From assembly GCA_964016885.1 (NCBI GenBank), contig OZ024743.1:35154001-35218000 (forward strand): a DNA stretch of 64,000 nt, read 5' to 3'. How positions within the stretch are numbered: position 1 is the first letter of the stretch; every line of letters begins with the position of its first letter. Of the stretch, positions 23,655-36,570 are shown one piece after another. The position numbers and the translations under genes are program-made. The notes below the pieces were generated by a model that ran no database searches, had not been told where the DNA came from, and was given only the letters and a program-made list of their open reading frames with translations. The DNA comes from Eledone cirrhosa (taxonomy: Eukaryota).

Positions 23655-26600
23655 CAACTAGAGGCTGTTTGCATAATTGCAAACGAATCGAGTATTGTTA
23701 TTCATAAGTCAAAGCTGGGCGTGAAAATCGGATTACCTTCCGAACACGCCCAGGCCTACCACCCCATGTACGTCCAAAACTACGTGCTGCAGCTTCCTTG
23801 AATCGGAACTCAGCACAAGATGAAAGTTTCAGTCTGCGTGATGATGGGCAGATCTGGAGGTTTGTCAAGGCTGGTGAAACGTGGAAAAGAGATACCAGCT
23901 GGTCTGAGTGTGATCTACCCACAATAACTGGCGATGTAAAAACTGCTACAACTCTGGGAAACTAAACCAGAACAACCTGCCACCCTCTACACACCATCAT
24001 AAACTGCGAGCAGGGTACAAATTGTTGTCCTTAAATGCTCGCAGTTTATGCAACAAGATACATCTGTTCGAATCCTACGTCAGAAGCATCGACCCTGACT
24101 TCATCACAGTCACGGAAACATGGGCACATTCCTTACTCTGTGATGGGGTTTTCACCATTACTGGGTACAACCTTTTCCGCAAGGACCGCATTAACTGCCG
24201 TGGTGGTGGTGTGATGGTCTACGTTCGTTCAAACTTTTCGGTAATTCCTTGCGTTGATTTGAACGAATCACAGGAAGAAGTTTTTTTCTGTGACATACGT
24301 ATGACCATGTCAACACTTCTGCTTGGTGTTGTTTATCGCCCCCCAAACTACCATCAGGACACACAGCTTTGCGATATCCTCAGAGTTGCTGCCAAGAAAA
24401 CAGCCACTTATGTGTTTATTGCAGGTGACTTCAATCATCCTGAGATCGATTGGGAAACCTTTCGTTGGCCACAGGGTGCAAACGATTTCCTTGAACTAGT
24501 GCTGGACTCAAACTGGTCACAAGTAGTCACCTCTCCAACAAGAGGTGACAACACTTTGGACCTGATCTTCACCACTACTCCTGAAGTGGTTATCAGTTGT
24601 ACTACTGAGGAACCTCTAGGCGACTCTGATCATGCTATGATCATTGCCAATCTGGCACTTGAGGGCAGCAACAAAAACCAGAGCCATCTCCAATCTGCTT
24701 GCTTTGATTGGAAGAGGGCGGATTGGAACTTGTACTGCACTGAGCTACAGCGCCCAAACTGGCATGAGATGTATAACTCTGGAGATGTGAACTCTATACT
24801 CCAGAGCATCCTGGACTCAATATGGATAGCGTGTGCAGCATCAGTGCCACGGAAGCGGAAAAATAACCACCCCAAAAGTGCAATCTGGGAAACTTCAGCG
24901 GTCCGACTTGCCAGGAAAGAACATCGTAACGCTGAACAGGAATATAAACTGCATAGATCAGATGCCAACAGAAAAAAGCGGAATAAATCTTCTAACCATC
25001 TCAAGCAAGTGACAAAGAAGGCAGTGCTTGAATTTGAACAGTGCATCGCAACCAATCCTGACAGTAAGGTGTTCTGGAAATATGTTCATTCAAAGCAGAG
25101 ACCTCACTCTCCAGTTGGTCCTCTTCGCAATCCCCACACAAGCCAGATCACTGACGATCCCAAGGAATGCGCAGAACTCATTGCTGAGTGCTATGCAAGT
25201 ATTTTTACAGTTGAAAACCAGAATGTACCATCTCCACCATCTCTAACATCAAATTCCATAACAACTATGGAATTTACACCTGCAATGTTGCGACGTCACC
25301 TTAAGAATAAGCGCAACTATGCCTCCCCTGGTCTTGATGGTGTGACATACCTGCTTCTCAAACGTGGCGGGGATTTCCTTTTGCGCCAGCTTTCTTTTTT
25401 CTTTCAATACTGTCTCAGCAATGGTGCTACTCCGGAGCAGTGGAAAACTGCCAGTGTCATTCCCCTGTTCAAAAAGGGCAACCGCATGTCACCTGTCAAC
25501 TATCGTCCAGTCAGTCTTACTAGCTGTATGGCCAAACTGATGGAATCCTGTGTCAGAGAAATACTTTGGAACTTCTGGAGCTCTCACAGCCTCATCCGGC
25601 CCTCACAGTTTGGATTTATCCCGAACTCCAGCTGCTGTGATCAGCTTATCGAGTTCCTTGAGGACATCACCCGGATCACTGACAGCGGCTCATGGGTGGA
25701 TGTTGTTTACCTTGACTTTGCTAAGGCTTTTAATTCTGTGCCACACAAAAGACTTATGGCAAAACTCTCTGCAATGGGTGTGAGGGATGATCTTTTCGAC
25801 TGGCTGAAATCCTTCATTCTCAGCCGAAAGGAAGTAGTCACGGTTCTAGGACAGCATTCTTCACCATATGAGATGTCATCTGGTGTACCACAGGGATTTG
25901 TTCTTGGTCCTCTTTTGTTTGTGGCATATATTAATGACATAGATGCCAACTTACAGAATGCCACGGTACTAAAATATGCAGATGACATCAAGCTGTACCT
26001 TGAAATCAAAAGGACTGATCCTGAAATTTACAACTCTTTCCTACAGTCAGACCTGGACACAATGCAGCAATGGATCACAGACTGGCAACTGAAGCTGGCT
26101 GTGGACAAGTGTACCACCATGCATTTTGGAAGGAAAAATCCAGCGTCCACATACTCCCTCCACAACACTGACATCAAAAAGTTCTCTTGTGAACGTGACC
26201 TGGGCATTACTGTCAGCAACGATTTGCGTTGGACAAAGCATGTCTCTAAGATTGTCAAGAAGGCCGAGGGTGTCTTGGCATCACTCAGCAAGACCTTTGT
26301 TAGCCGCTCTCCAGCCATCTATTTAAAACTGTATACAGCTATGGTGCGACCACACTTGGAATTCGCATCATCAGTCTGGAACCCCTATCTTGCTCGGAAC
26401 ATTGACCTCCTGGAAACTGTTCAGAGACGTGCAACCAAGCGCATACCCTCCATCAGACACCTACCATACTCTGAACGCCTTGCTTCCCTGGGCATGGATT
26501 CATTGAAGCTCCGACGTCTGGCAATGGACTTGGTGAATACCCACAAAGTTTTTAACCATCTCGCCAACTGCAACCCTGAGCGCCTCTTTGATCTCCATGT

Positions 26601-27072
26601 GTCTAACACACGTGGACATGCCTACAAGATAAGAAAACAGCACAGCTCCCATGACTTTCTGAAACATTTTTTCACGCTCAGAGTTGCTGAAGCATGGAAC
26701 AAACTGCCTGCGTCAATTGTTAGCTGCCGAGACACTGCATCCTTTAAGACACTCATGCTTCCCGAAATACGCCAAAACTACACCTGATGTACCCCTTCCA
26801 TACACATGCACACATGAGTGTATCATGGCTCGTGCACTGTTCATTTTACTGATGTTTGTGCATTGCCCTATGTACTGTACATGCGCTTTTTTGATGAGTT
26901 GTGGTGCACCTGGGCGCTGTACACAATATTTCATTATTGTTATTGTTATTATATCATGACTCATACACTGTTCATTTTCCTGACATTTGTACATTATTCC
27001 ATGTACTATACATGCACCTTTGATGAGTTGTAGTGCACCTGAGCACTGTACACAATAATTTCATTATTATTT
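23655..27072 (+). mobile_element. CR1-clade LINE, 5'-truncated within ORF1, with complete ORF2 and duplicated 3'UTR
   Basis: ORF1 end (..RTRPGLPPHVRPKL..TTLGN*, stop 23963-23965), ORF2, and the 3'UTR unit repeated at ~26815-26950 and ~26955-27072. Confidence 0.93.
24022..26787 (+). CDS. CR1 ORF2: apurinic-like endonuclease + reverse transcriptase
   Basis: APE motifs NARS, TETW, YRPP, GDFN, SDH; RT motifs PGLDG, NYRPVSL, QFGF, YLDFAKAF, GVPQG, YADD; CR1 C-terminal NTRGH..FF..RV...WNKLP. The TTG start in the track is not a real initiator. Confidence 0.95.
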   Translation: MLSLNARSLCNKIHLFESYVRSIDPDFITVTETWAHSLLCDGVFTITGYNLFRKDRINCRGGGVMVYVRSNFSVIPCVDLNESQEEVFFCDIRMTMSTLLLGVVYRPPNYHQDTQLCDILRVAAKKTATYVFIAGDFNHPEIDWETFRWPQGANDFLELVLDSNWSQVVTSPTRGDNTLDLIFTTTPEVVISCTTEEPLGDSDHAMIIANLALEGSNKNQSHLQSACFDWKRADWNLYCTELQRPNWHEMYNSGDVNSILQSILDSIWIACAASVPRKRKNNHPKSAIWETSAVRLARKEHRNAEQEYKLHRSDANRKKRNKSSNHLKQVTKKAVLEFEQCIATNPDSKVFWKYVHSKQRPHSPVGPLRNPHTSQITDDPKECAELIAECYASIFTVENQNVPSPPSLTSNSITTMEFTPAMLRRHLKNKRNYASPGLDGVTYLLLKRGGDFLLRQLSFFFQYCLSNGATPEQWKTASVIPLFKKGNRMSPVNYRPVSLTSCMAKLMESCVREILWNFWSSHSLIRPSQFGFIPNSSCCDQLIEFLEDITRITDSGSWVDVVYLDFAKAFNSVPHKRLMAKLSAMGVRDDLFDWLKSFILSRKEVVTVLGQHSSPYEMSSGVPQGFVLGPLLFVAYINDIDANLQNATVLKYADDIKLYLEIKRTDPEIYNSFLQSDLDTMQQWITDWQLKLAVDKCTTMHFGRKNPASTYSLHNTDIKKFSCERDLGITVSNDLRWTKHVSKIVKKAEGVLASLSKTFVSRSPAIYLKLYTAMVRPHLEFASSVWNPYLARNIDLLETVQRRATKRIPSIRHLPYSERLASLGMDSLKLRRLAMDLVNTHKVFNHLANCNPERLFDLHVSNTRGHAYKIRKQHSSHDFLKHFFTLRVAEAWNKLPASIVSCRDTASFKTLMLPEIRQNYT

Positions 27073-27097
27073 ATATTCGAAAAACTCAGATTCCATT

Positions 27098-27652
27098 TCA
27101 TCATCATCATCATCATCACCGTTTTACGTCCGTTCTTTCACGCTAGCATGGGTTAGACGGGTTGTCCTGTTGTGGGCAGTGTCCAGTCGGCTGACCTTGT
27201 CTTGCTCATACAGGAACTGATTCTGGCTTGATTTCTACAGCTGGATGCCCTTCCTAACATGAACCTCATTTACAGTGAGTGCTGAGTGCTTTTTTCCGTG
27301 GTGCCTACACGTCCACTTTACAGTGGGAGGGTGTGGGGGCATATTGTCTATATGCTTCAGCTTCGGCTTGTACCTGTGGGGGGTCAGGTCTTCTGTACTA
27401 CTGCATGACGTCAGCGGTCACGGTCGTGTGTCATCGCCTTTGAGAGGTGTAATTGGGAAAGGTCGGCTTTTATCACCTCATCCCAGGTCTTCTTAGGTCT
27501 CCCCACTCCACGGTTTCCATCGACTTCTAGTGCTCTGCACCTTTTTATGCAGCTGTCATCCTTCATATGCATCACATGTCCATACCAACGCAACCACCTC
27601 TCCTGCACACAGCATTTGATTCCTCCTGTGTTCAGTCTCTCTCTCAATTCGT
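27098..27652 (-). mobile_element. RTE 3' fragment (C-terminal ORF end + 3'UTR + (GAT)n)
   Basis: ERWLRWYGHVMH..GRPKKTW; standard tail. Confidence 0.88.
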
Positions 27653-27673
27653 TTATATATTTATATTTAATAT

Positions 27674-27707
<34 letters not shown>

Positions 27708-27908
27708 GATGGGTTTTGCACAGTTTCTGTGTCCCAAATTTCATTTACAACTGATCCAAGGTCAACCTGCAATTGACACACAATCTTTTTCCACTTCAGT
27801 ATTCAAAGGTCTTTAAAAAATGTCTAAGTGGTTGCTTGATGGGCTAGAATTAACAACCAAATTTCTGTTAATTCTTACAGATATTGTAGTCCTAATTGTA
27901 CTATGTCT

Positions 27909-28107
27909 CAAACCTGTCTACTTTCTCTGTCCAAGGAGGAGATCTCCCACCCACTTTTGGGTGGGTGTGAGATGTCTTCTCCTGTGAAAATGGGTATATC
28001 CCATCAAATTTTGTAAAATTTCCCCATTTTGCCTCATTTCTCCATGTTTAAGGGCACTTTTTTTTTATGGTACTCCCTGTTTGGGTTTTTAGAGGTTGGC
28101 AGGTCTG
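27909..28107. mobile_element. MITE with CAGACCTG-type TIR and 6-bp TSD (ATGTCT)
   Basis: Inverted copy of 57041-57234; ATGTCT at 27903-27908 and 28108-28113. Confidence 0.75.
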
Positions 28108-28317
28108 ATGTCTGAAAATAAGATGGAGTGGTTATGACTGAGATATCTTTGATCATTGGTCTGCTTGATCAGGCCTGATCAGAGATGGGTTAGAGGTGGG
28201 GTTAAACAGCTGCAATAGCAACACCTCATTACCAACTGAAGCCACATGTAGGCACCCAGCTATGAATATTGCCATCTATCATTCACTGACATGCTAACCA
28301 CCTTTGTCAACCTTTCC

Positions 28318-29583
28318 CCACCACACACACATTATTCTAATCACCAACACCACCACTAACACAACTACCACCAGCACCACCACCACGACAACAACAACAA
28401 CAACAATAACAACAACAACAACCACAACCACTACAATCACCACCACAATCACCACCATCACTACCATCACACCCACCACCACCACCACAACCACCACAAA
28501 CACCACCACTACAATCACCACTACCATTGCCTCAACCACCACCACCACAACAACCACCACAACAACCACCACCACCACAACCACCACCACAACAACAACA
28601 ATAACAACCACCAGTACCAAAACCACCACTAGCACAACCACCACTACTACAATCGCCACCACAATCACCACTACCATTACCACCACTACTACCATCACCA
28701 CCACCACAATCACCACTACCATTACCACCACTACTACCATCACTACCACTACAATCACCACCACAATCCCACAACCATTACCACCACAACTACCACCACC
28801 ACCACTACAATCGCCACCACAATCACCAGTACAACAACAACCACCACCATCACCACCACCACCACAACAACAACAATCACTACCAAAACCACCACTACTG
28901 CAACTACCACAACCACCACTACTACAATCACCATAACAACCACCAACACCTCCACTACAATTGCTACCACCACCACCACTACAACCACCACCATTACAAT
29001 CACCACCACAATCACCACTACCAACACCACCACCACCATCACCACCACCACCACTAAAATCACCACCACCACTACCACAACAACAACTACCACCACCACC
29101 ACCACAACAACAACAACAACTACCACCACCACCACCACAACAACAACAACCACCACCACCACCACCACAACAACAGCAACAACAACAACCACCACCACCA
29201 CCACCACCACCACCACAACAACAACAGCAACAACAACAACCACCACCACCACAACAACAACAACCACCACCACCACCACAACAACAGCAACAACAACAAC
29301 AACAACAACCACCACCACCACCATCACCACCACTACCATTACCACCACCACAACAACAACAACCACCACCACCACCACAACAGCAACAACAACAACAACA
29401 ACAACCACCACAACAACAACCACCACCACCACCACCATCACCACCACTACCATTACCACCACCACAACAACAACAACCACCACCACCACCACAACAGCAA
29501 CAACAACAACAACCACCACCACCACAACAACAACAACCACCACCACCACCATCACCACCACTACCATTACCACCACCACAACA
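28318..29583. repeat. 1.26-kb (CCA)/(CAA)/(CTA) cryptic trinucleotide array
   Basis: Low-complexity array; the poly-T/P/Q ORFs are by-products. Confidence 0.9.
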
Positions 29584-29887
29584 GCCCCACTCTCCACAGT
29601 TGGCATCAGTCTAGAATTCAGAGAATTCCAAAGACAATATAAAAACCTGTGAATCACTCCACAAACTTCTGGATAATGTTGATCTGGAATGATGGAATGA
29701 TGGAATGATGCATGCATCATGTCCTTCCTGCTGTTCTCCAGTGTGTCAGGTGGAGTGGGGGAGTCTAGTGGTAGTAGTGGTAGGGTATTGGTGAGGGTGG
29801 AACTGAGTAAGATTGGTGCAGTTCTGTGAGTGGCAGCAATGGTGGTGAAGTGGGATAGTTATATTAGTTGTAATAGGTATTGTATTG

Positions 29888-29888
29888 T

Positions 29889-29944
<56 letters not shown>

Positions 29945-29982
29945 TAGTAGTAGTAGTAGTAGTAGTAGTGTTGTAGTAGTAA

Positions 29983-30035
<53 letters not shown>

Positions 30036-30037
30036 TT

Positions 30038-30103
<66 letters not shown>

Positions 30104-30319
30104 TTGTTGTTGTTGTTGTAGTAGTAGTGGTGGTGGTGGTGGTGGTGGTGGCGGTAGTAGTAGTAGTAGTGGTGGTGGTGGTGGTGGTGGTGGTGGTAGT
30201 AGTAGTAGTAATAGTAGTAGTAGTAGTGGTGGTGGCGGTGGTAGTGGTGGTAGTTTTAGTAGTAGTAATAGTAGTAGTAGTGGTGGTGGTGGTGGTGGTG
30301 GTAGTAGTAGTAGTAGTAA

Positions 30320-30356
<37 letters not shown>

Positions 30357-30420
30357 GGTGGTGGTGATGGAGGAGGAGGTAGTAGTAGTAGTAGTAGTAG
30401 CAGTAGCAGCAGCAGCAGCA
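29888..30420. repeat. (TAG)n/(TGG)n array
   Basis: Visible in sequence. Confidence 0.9.
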
Positions 30421-31099
30421 AGAGCAGTAGGTTTAGGAGGATGATGTAAAAGAGCTAGAAGAGATGTTGCAAGGTATATATGTTATGTATGTATATATAT
30501 GTATGTATGTATGTATATATGTGTATATGTTATATATGTATGAATGTATGTATATATGTATATATGTTATGTATGTATGTATGTATATATGTATATATGT
30601 TATGTATGTATGTATGTATGTATGTATGTATGTATGTATGTCTGGATGTATGTATGTGTGTCCGTATGTATGTATGTATTTATGTATGTATGTAAGCTAT
30701 AGTGTGAGTCAGTTGACAGACACTCGATTCCTGAATCAGATGACATTTGTCTGACTATAAGGAAAATATATCACAGAATATATAGTTTTGTGTGCACATG
30801 TATGTGTGTGCTTGTGTGTGTGTGTGTGTGTGTGTGGTCAGCAACTTTATGAACCCCCAGATAAATAGCAAACTAATTTTGGCAGGATTTAACTCTTTTG
30901 ATACTAAACTGCCTAAAACCACCCTTATGATTAGAATACGAAACTGTTTATTTTAAAGTGTTTATATATATATCTAAAAAAAACTTCCATCATAGTGTGG
31001 AAAATGGGCGTTAAACGACAATGATGATGATGATCTAGCTGTCGAAACAGCCAGAGCTCAGCCACCGGGGTCCTGAATCTCTGAATCTGTTCATATATA

Positions 31100-31398
31100 T
31101 CATCATCATCATCATTTCATTTTTACGTCTGGTTTTTCCTTGCCTGCAAGAGTGGGACGGGAACTGATTTTGGCTTGATTTCTACAGCTGGATGCCCTTC
31201 CTAACACCAACCTCATTTACAGTGAGTGGTGGGTGCTTTTTTGCTGTGACACCTCCACGACCACTTTGCAGCTGAGTAAACTGGAGCAATGTGAAATAAA
31301 GTGTCTTGCTCAAGGAAACAACACATCACCCGGTCTGAGAGTTGAACTCACAACCTTTCGATTGCAAGGCCAATGCTCTAACCACTAAGCCATGTGCC
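31100..31398 (-). mobile_element. tRNA-derived SINE: tRNA head + CORE/Meta-like domain + RTE-derived tail
   Basis: Minus strand TGGCTTAGTGGTTAGAGC...GAGTTCAA head, CCTTGAGCAAGACACTTTATTTCAC domain, then GGAAGGGCATCCAGC...(GAT)n; near-identical copy at 55315-55633. Confidence 0.85.
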
Positions 31399-31702
<304 letters not shown>

Positions 31703-33668
31703 GTCCCACTCTCTGAGGGACAGTAGCTATAACCTGAAAAGAAGAAAAGGTCAAAATCATCGGTAACTACTGAGCCACAAGATTCATGTCGGGGTTATCC
31801 CAGCTTCCTGAGATGCCTTCTAGAAGAATGCCCTGACAAAGGCTAAGGCTAGATCACTCCCAGTGGTTTAACCACGCGATCGGGTATCCAATCCGATTAT
31901 TTCTATGTCCACACGCATATATACACACATATGCACATATACATATACATATATATGTATATACATATTTACACATTTTTGGATGACCGTTGACTCTTAT
32001 GAGTTCTTCCGCCCTTTGTATACATATATACATACATAACGATGAAGTTTCATTTACATGTATTTTCCATGCTAGATTGGTTAGAAAGGTTGTTACATTC
32101 TGTGGCTAGACCAGTCAGGGGATCACATCTTGCTCCTCATACATTACAATTTTTTGGCTTTGTTTCTACAACTGGATGCCCTTCCTAATGGCAACCACAT
32201 TACAGCATGTACTTGAAACAACAACACTACCACCTTACAGAGAGGTCTGGTTGATTTTTGTTGTGGCGCTAGCACTACCACCTTATGGGTGAACTGGGTG
32301 TTCCTTGTCATGGCACTAACACTACTACACTACATAGTTCACTGGATACTTTTTATTATGGCACCAATACTATGACTTTAAAGAGTGGACTGGGTGCTTT
32401 CTTCTATCATGGCACTAACATAAAACTAGCATCTCACAGAGTAGGCTATGTGTAGTTTATCATGGCACCAGTACTGTCACAATGAGAGAGGGGAGCTACC
32501 TGCTTATAAATATACACTAACACACATATATCTACCTATTTCTCTGTCTCTCCCCTCCCCCTCTCTCTCCCTCTCTCTCTCTCTTTCTCGCCCCCCCCCT
32601 CTCTATTTCTCTCTCACTCTCTCTCTTTATATATATATATATATATACATACATAAACATGATACTGATGTTCTTGCTAATGATAATTATCACCATCACT
32701 ATCATGAGTATCATGATCATGAAGAAACCTTTGTAGAACACATTTACAAATCTAAATGTGCCAATCTAAATATGGTGTCACAGTAGTGTTCAGATGTGCA
32801 AGATATTACAATATTAAGATTATATTATCTCAGGTTTGATAGTAAATATTATTCTGAATCTAGGTTAAGAACTATTTTGTTTCTTTCTTAAAATCTTTGA
32901 AGGTGCAAGATTTCATAATGGTGATTGGTTGTTAAATACCATATTTTTCTTGTCTTTTGCTCTTTCACTAATTTCTGCCTATGGGCTGTAGCTATGCCAA
33001 AAAGACCCATATTAAGCTTTGCATCATTTTCTATGACTTTTGCTAACTGTTACATGATGGAGAGGAATAGGTAAATGTTATTACATCTAGTAAAAGAACC
33101 AATATATTAATACCTTTGTAGATAAAGACCAGATGTTTGTAACTAGGTGAATTCTTTTACTGATTCTTATTGCTTAGTTTCAAACTATTCCTGATTAAGC
33201 AGACCTATTACCAAAGGTATTCCATCCATGGCCATCCCATCTTCTTGTTATGTGCTGGGAACCCAGGACCACATTATCTAATGTGTCCTTCTTCTAAGAC
33301 AGATAGGTGTGATTTAACGCTTTCACTACCATATTACTCATGAATTTTATTATATAAAATTTTCATTATTAAGCTGATGTTTGGAACATAATTTAACAAA
33401 ACTTCTTATATAAAATTATGATAGAAAGCTTTTAGCTAAATATAAACACTTTAAAACAAAGTTTTGTATTGTAGAAACAGGGACAGTTTCAGGTGGTTTT
33501 GTATCAAAAGGGTTATGGGAGATTTGGCTGCTACTTCTAGCAGGTTAAATGACCATATATTGGCCGTCTTCAACCAGTGTAAGCTAGAGAGTGTTGATGT
33601 CCTAGTGGATAGTGTACAGGATGACCAATCAATAAATTGTTGGTTCACATATTGTCATTTATACTGAG

Positions 33669-33903
33669 TTAACCTTTTCATTACCATATTTATAATGAAT
33701 AATGAATTTCAAATATTTTTTAAATACTCAAAAATTTGGAGGGACTAACTTTCTCATTATTAAATTGGTGTTTGGAACATAACTTAACACAAATACTTAC
33801 ATAAAATTATAATGGTAGCTTTTTAGATAAAAAGATACGTTTTAATTTAAACAGCTTTCTATCATTGAAGTGGTTTCAAGCAGTTTATTATCAAAAGGGT
33901 TAG
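33669..33903. mobile_element. piggyBac-like MITE, family B
   Basis: TTAA-CCTTTT...AAAAGGG-TTA ends; internal GGTGTTTGGAACATAACTTAAC motif shared with decayed copies near 2950-3445, 7600-7830, 33320-33513, 36133-36270, 42684-42927, 44550-44997 and 49790-49970. Confidence 0.6.
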
Positions 33904-34023
33904 GGTTTTCAATGGCCGAGTCCATCAAGATTTTAAGATACCTCAGGAACAGTTTAGTACACTGCTGTAAGTCAATTCCTCAGGGCAAATGTAGTTCACT
34001 GCCCTATGTAGATACTTCAGGAT

Positions 34024-35008
34024 CAGGGTTGAATTAACCATTAAGCAAAATAATGGATCTCAGACTGGCAACTCAAGCTAGCTGTGGACAAGTGCACCAC
34101 CATGCATTTTGGGAGTAAAAACCCAGCGTCCACATACTCCCTCCAATATCAAGAAGTCTTCCTGTGAACGTGACCTGGGCATTACGGTCAGCAGCGATTT
34201 GCGTTGGACGAGGCACGTCTCTAAAATTGTCAAGAGGGCCGAGAGTGTCTTAGCATCACTCAGCAAGACCTTTGTCAGCCGCTCTCCAGATATCTATTTA
34301 AGGCTGTATACAGCTATGGTGCGACCACACTTAGAATTTGCATCACCAGTCTGGAACCCTTATCTTGCTCAGGACATTGACCGCCTGGAAACTGTTCAGA
34401 GACATGCAACCAAGCGAATACCCTCCATCAGGCATCTACCATACTCTGAGCGCCTTGCTTCCCTGGGCATGGATTCATTGAAGCTCCGACGCCTGGCAAC
34501 TGACTTGGTAAACACCCACAAAATTGTTAACCATGTTGCCAACAACAACCCTAAGTACCTCTTTGATTTCCATGTGTCTAACACACGTGGACATGCCCAC
34601 AAAGTAAGAAAACAGCACAGTTCCCATGACTTTCTGAAACATTTTTTCACGCTCAGAGTTGCTGAAGCATGGAACAAACTACCTGCATCAGTTGTTAGCT
34701 GTCGAGACACTGCATCCTTTAAGGCCTCCATGCTTCCCGAGATCCGCCAACACTACAGCTAACACATACACACATGTACTTCCCTGACATTTGTGTATTA
34801 TTCTATGTACTATATTGACAAGTTGTAGTGCACCTGAGCACTTTACACAATAATTTCATTATCAAAATAAACAAATGCTTAGGTCATCAAGGGAAAAGGG
34901 CTCCAGTTTATTCAAATGTTTAAAAACTTTTTGTAGACTTTATATATGGAGGGGTGAGGGGGGCACCATACTTTTCTACATGCTTCAAAAGGATTTAATC
35001 CAGCCATG
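34024..35008. mobile_element. hAT-like MITE interrupted by a CR1 insertion
   Basis: TIR CAGGGTTGAATTAA / TTAATCCAGCCATG; 8-bp TSD TTCAGGAT/TTCAGGGT. Confidence 0.65.
34053..34862 (+). mobile_element. 5'-truncated CR1 (IRQHYS subfamily) with CAAAATAA target duplication
   Basis: ORF 34109-34762 homologous to the ORF2 C-terminus; CAAAATAA at 34046-34053 and 34863-34870. Confidence 0.92.
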
Positions 35009-36274
35009 TTCAGGGTATTATAGTTCATGGTTGTAAATAGGTAGCTTCAGCATGTATAGTTCACTGGTGTATATAGTGGTAGCACATTAAAATTGATGTG
35101 TGATTAATTGCCTTGCAATGCTGAGGTTAATTCCTTCCATGGGAATAGTTACCATTGTTTGGTCTCCTATCAAAAGAAAAAACTTTGTTTTTCCTCTGCT
35201 TAATGCAATGGAAACTAGAAATAAAAATTGACTTAATGGATTGCAAATATCCATAAAATAATGTAGACTTACAAAACATGTGTTGTGTCTTGACAAAGCT
35301 GTTTTCCAGTCATTTTTTAATTCTTGTTTTTAATCATATTTCTTTCTAGCAGGTCGAGTGAATATGTAGAGCAGGGCATGATGACCTGTGCCTCCTTAGC
35401 CTATCTTGAGTAGCTCTTTCTGTGCTCTGAAATATTTTAAATTCATTTTTTATTCATTTATTAATTTGTTTAGTTATCATTGTTATTCTTGTTTTCTCTG
35501 CTAGCAAGGGTTGGACAGGTCTTCACAGACCAAGTCAATCTCACTCTGCGAGAGAAACCCTTTGTTGTCAGCAGAGGTACCGGCTCCCTAAACCTCTTCT
35601 ATGTTTTCATGTATGTATTTTTGTTTATAACAAGTTATGCAGCTCCAATAGTTTCAAATATTTATTTTATGATTTGTTGAGCTTAAATGACTCTTTATAT
35701 TGAAAAGCTTTCCAACCTCTGATGATGAGGTTTCCTTCAGTGACTTCAGCTTCTGATATCATTGGAGGTATAATAATCATATTTAAGAATAGGTGCTTTA
35801 TCCTCATGTGAATGTTAACTTTCATAGCTTGGTGTCTGTATCTAGAGAAGATTTATCATCATAAAACAAAAGTTATGCAATGGTAGAAGCATTAGAGTGT
35901 TGAACAAAATACTTTGCTCCTATTCCTGCTCCTTGTGTTCTGAGTTCTGAGCCTGCTGTGGTCAACTTTGCCTTTTATTCTTCTGGGGTTGATAAAGTAT
36001 CTATATATGGCAGTGGACTGACAGAATTATTAGAGCATTGGATGGGAAGGCTTATAGTATTTAGTTTGGCTCTGTGTTTCGAGTTCAAATCATACAATGA
36101 CCTATTTGGAAACTAGATTTAATCTCACCTGGTTTAACCATTTTGATACCAGCCTGACCAAAATTAGCTCAGGATTTATGAAACAAAACCACCTATTTTA
36201 AAGAGTTTCTATTTTAAAGTTTTCCAACATAATTTTATATAGGTGCATGTTAAGTTACTATCTTAATAGTGAAA

Positions 36275-36570
36275 TCATCATCATCACCATCGTTTAACGT
36301 CCATCTTCCATGCTAGCATGGGTTAGACGGTTTTGTTCCATTTGATGCAGGAATAGTTGGGAGACCATGTCTCGCTCGCACGGAAGCGTCTCTGGTAGGT
36401 TTTTTTTTACAGCTAGATGCCCTTCCTAACACCAACCACATTTATAGTGTGGACTGGGAGCCTTTTCACCGTGTCTCCTACACGGCCACCTTACAGTGTG
36501 GACTGTTGTGGCATCGACACAGTGGATGGAACAGGAAAGGGAGGATGGGGTAAGGTGTGGGATGGGATGT
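36275..36570 (-). mobile_element. RTE 3'UTR/tail
   Basis: CATCATC...GTTTAACGTCCATCTTCCATGCTAGCATGGG and GATGCCCTTCCTAACACCAACC. Confidence 0.8.

Noticed and set aside
28294-30444. Poly-T/P/Q/V ORFs
   Set aside because: Trinucleotide-array artefacts.
31330-31398. Functional tRNA genes here and at other A/B-box sites
   Set aside because: They are SINE heads fused to core and tail domains, and no complete cloverleaf was evident.
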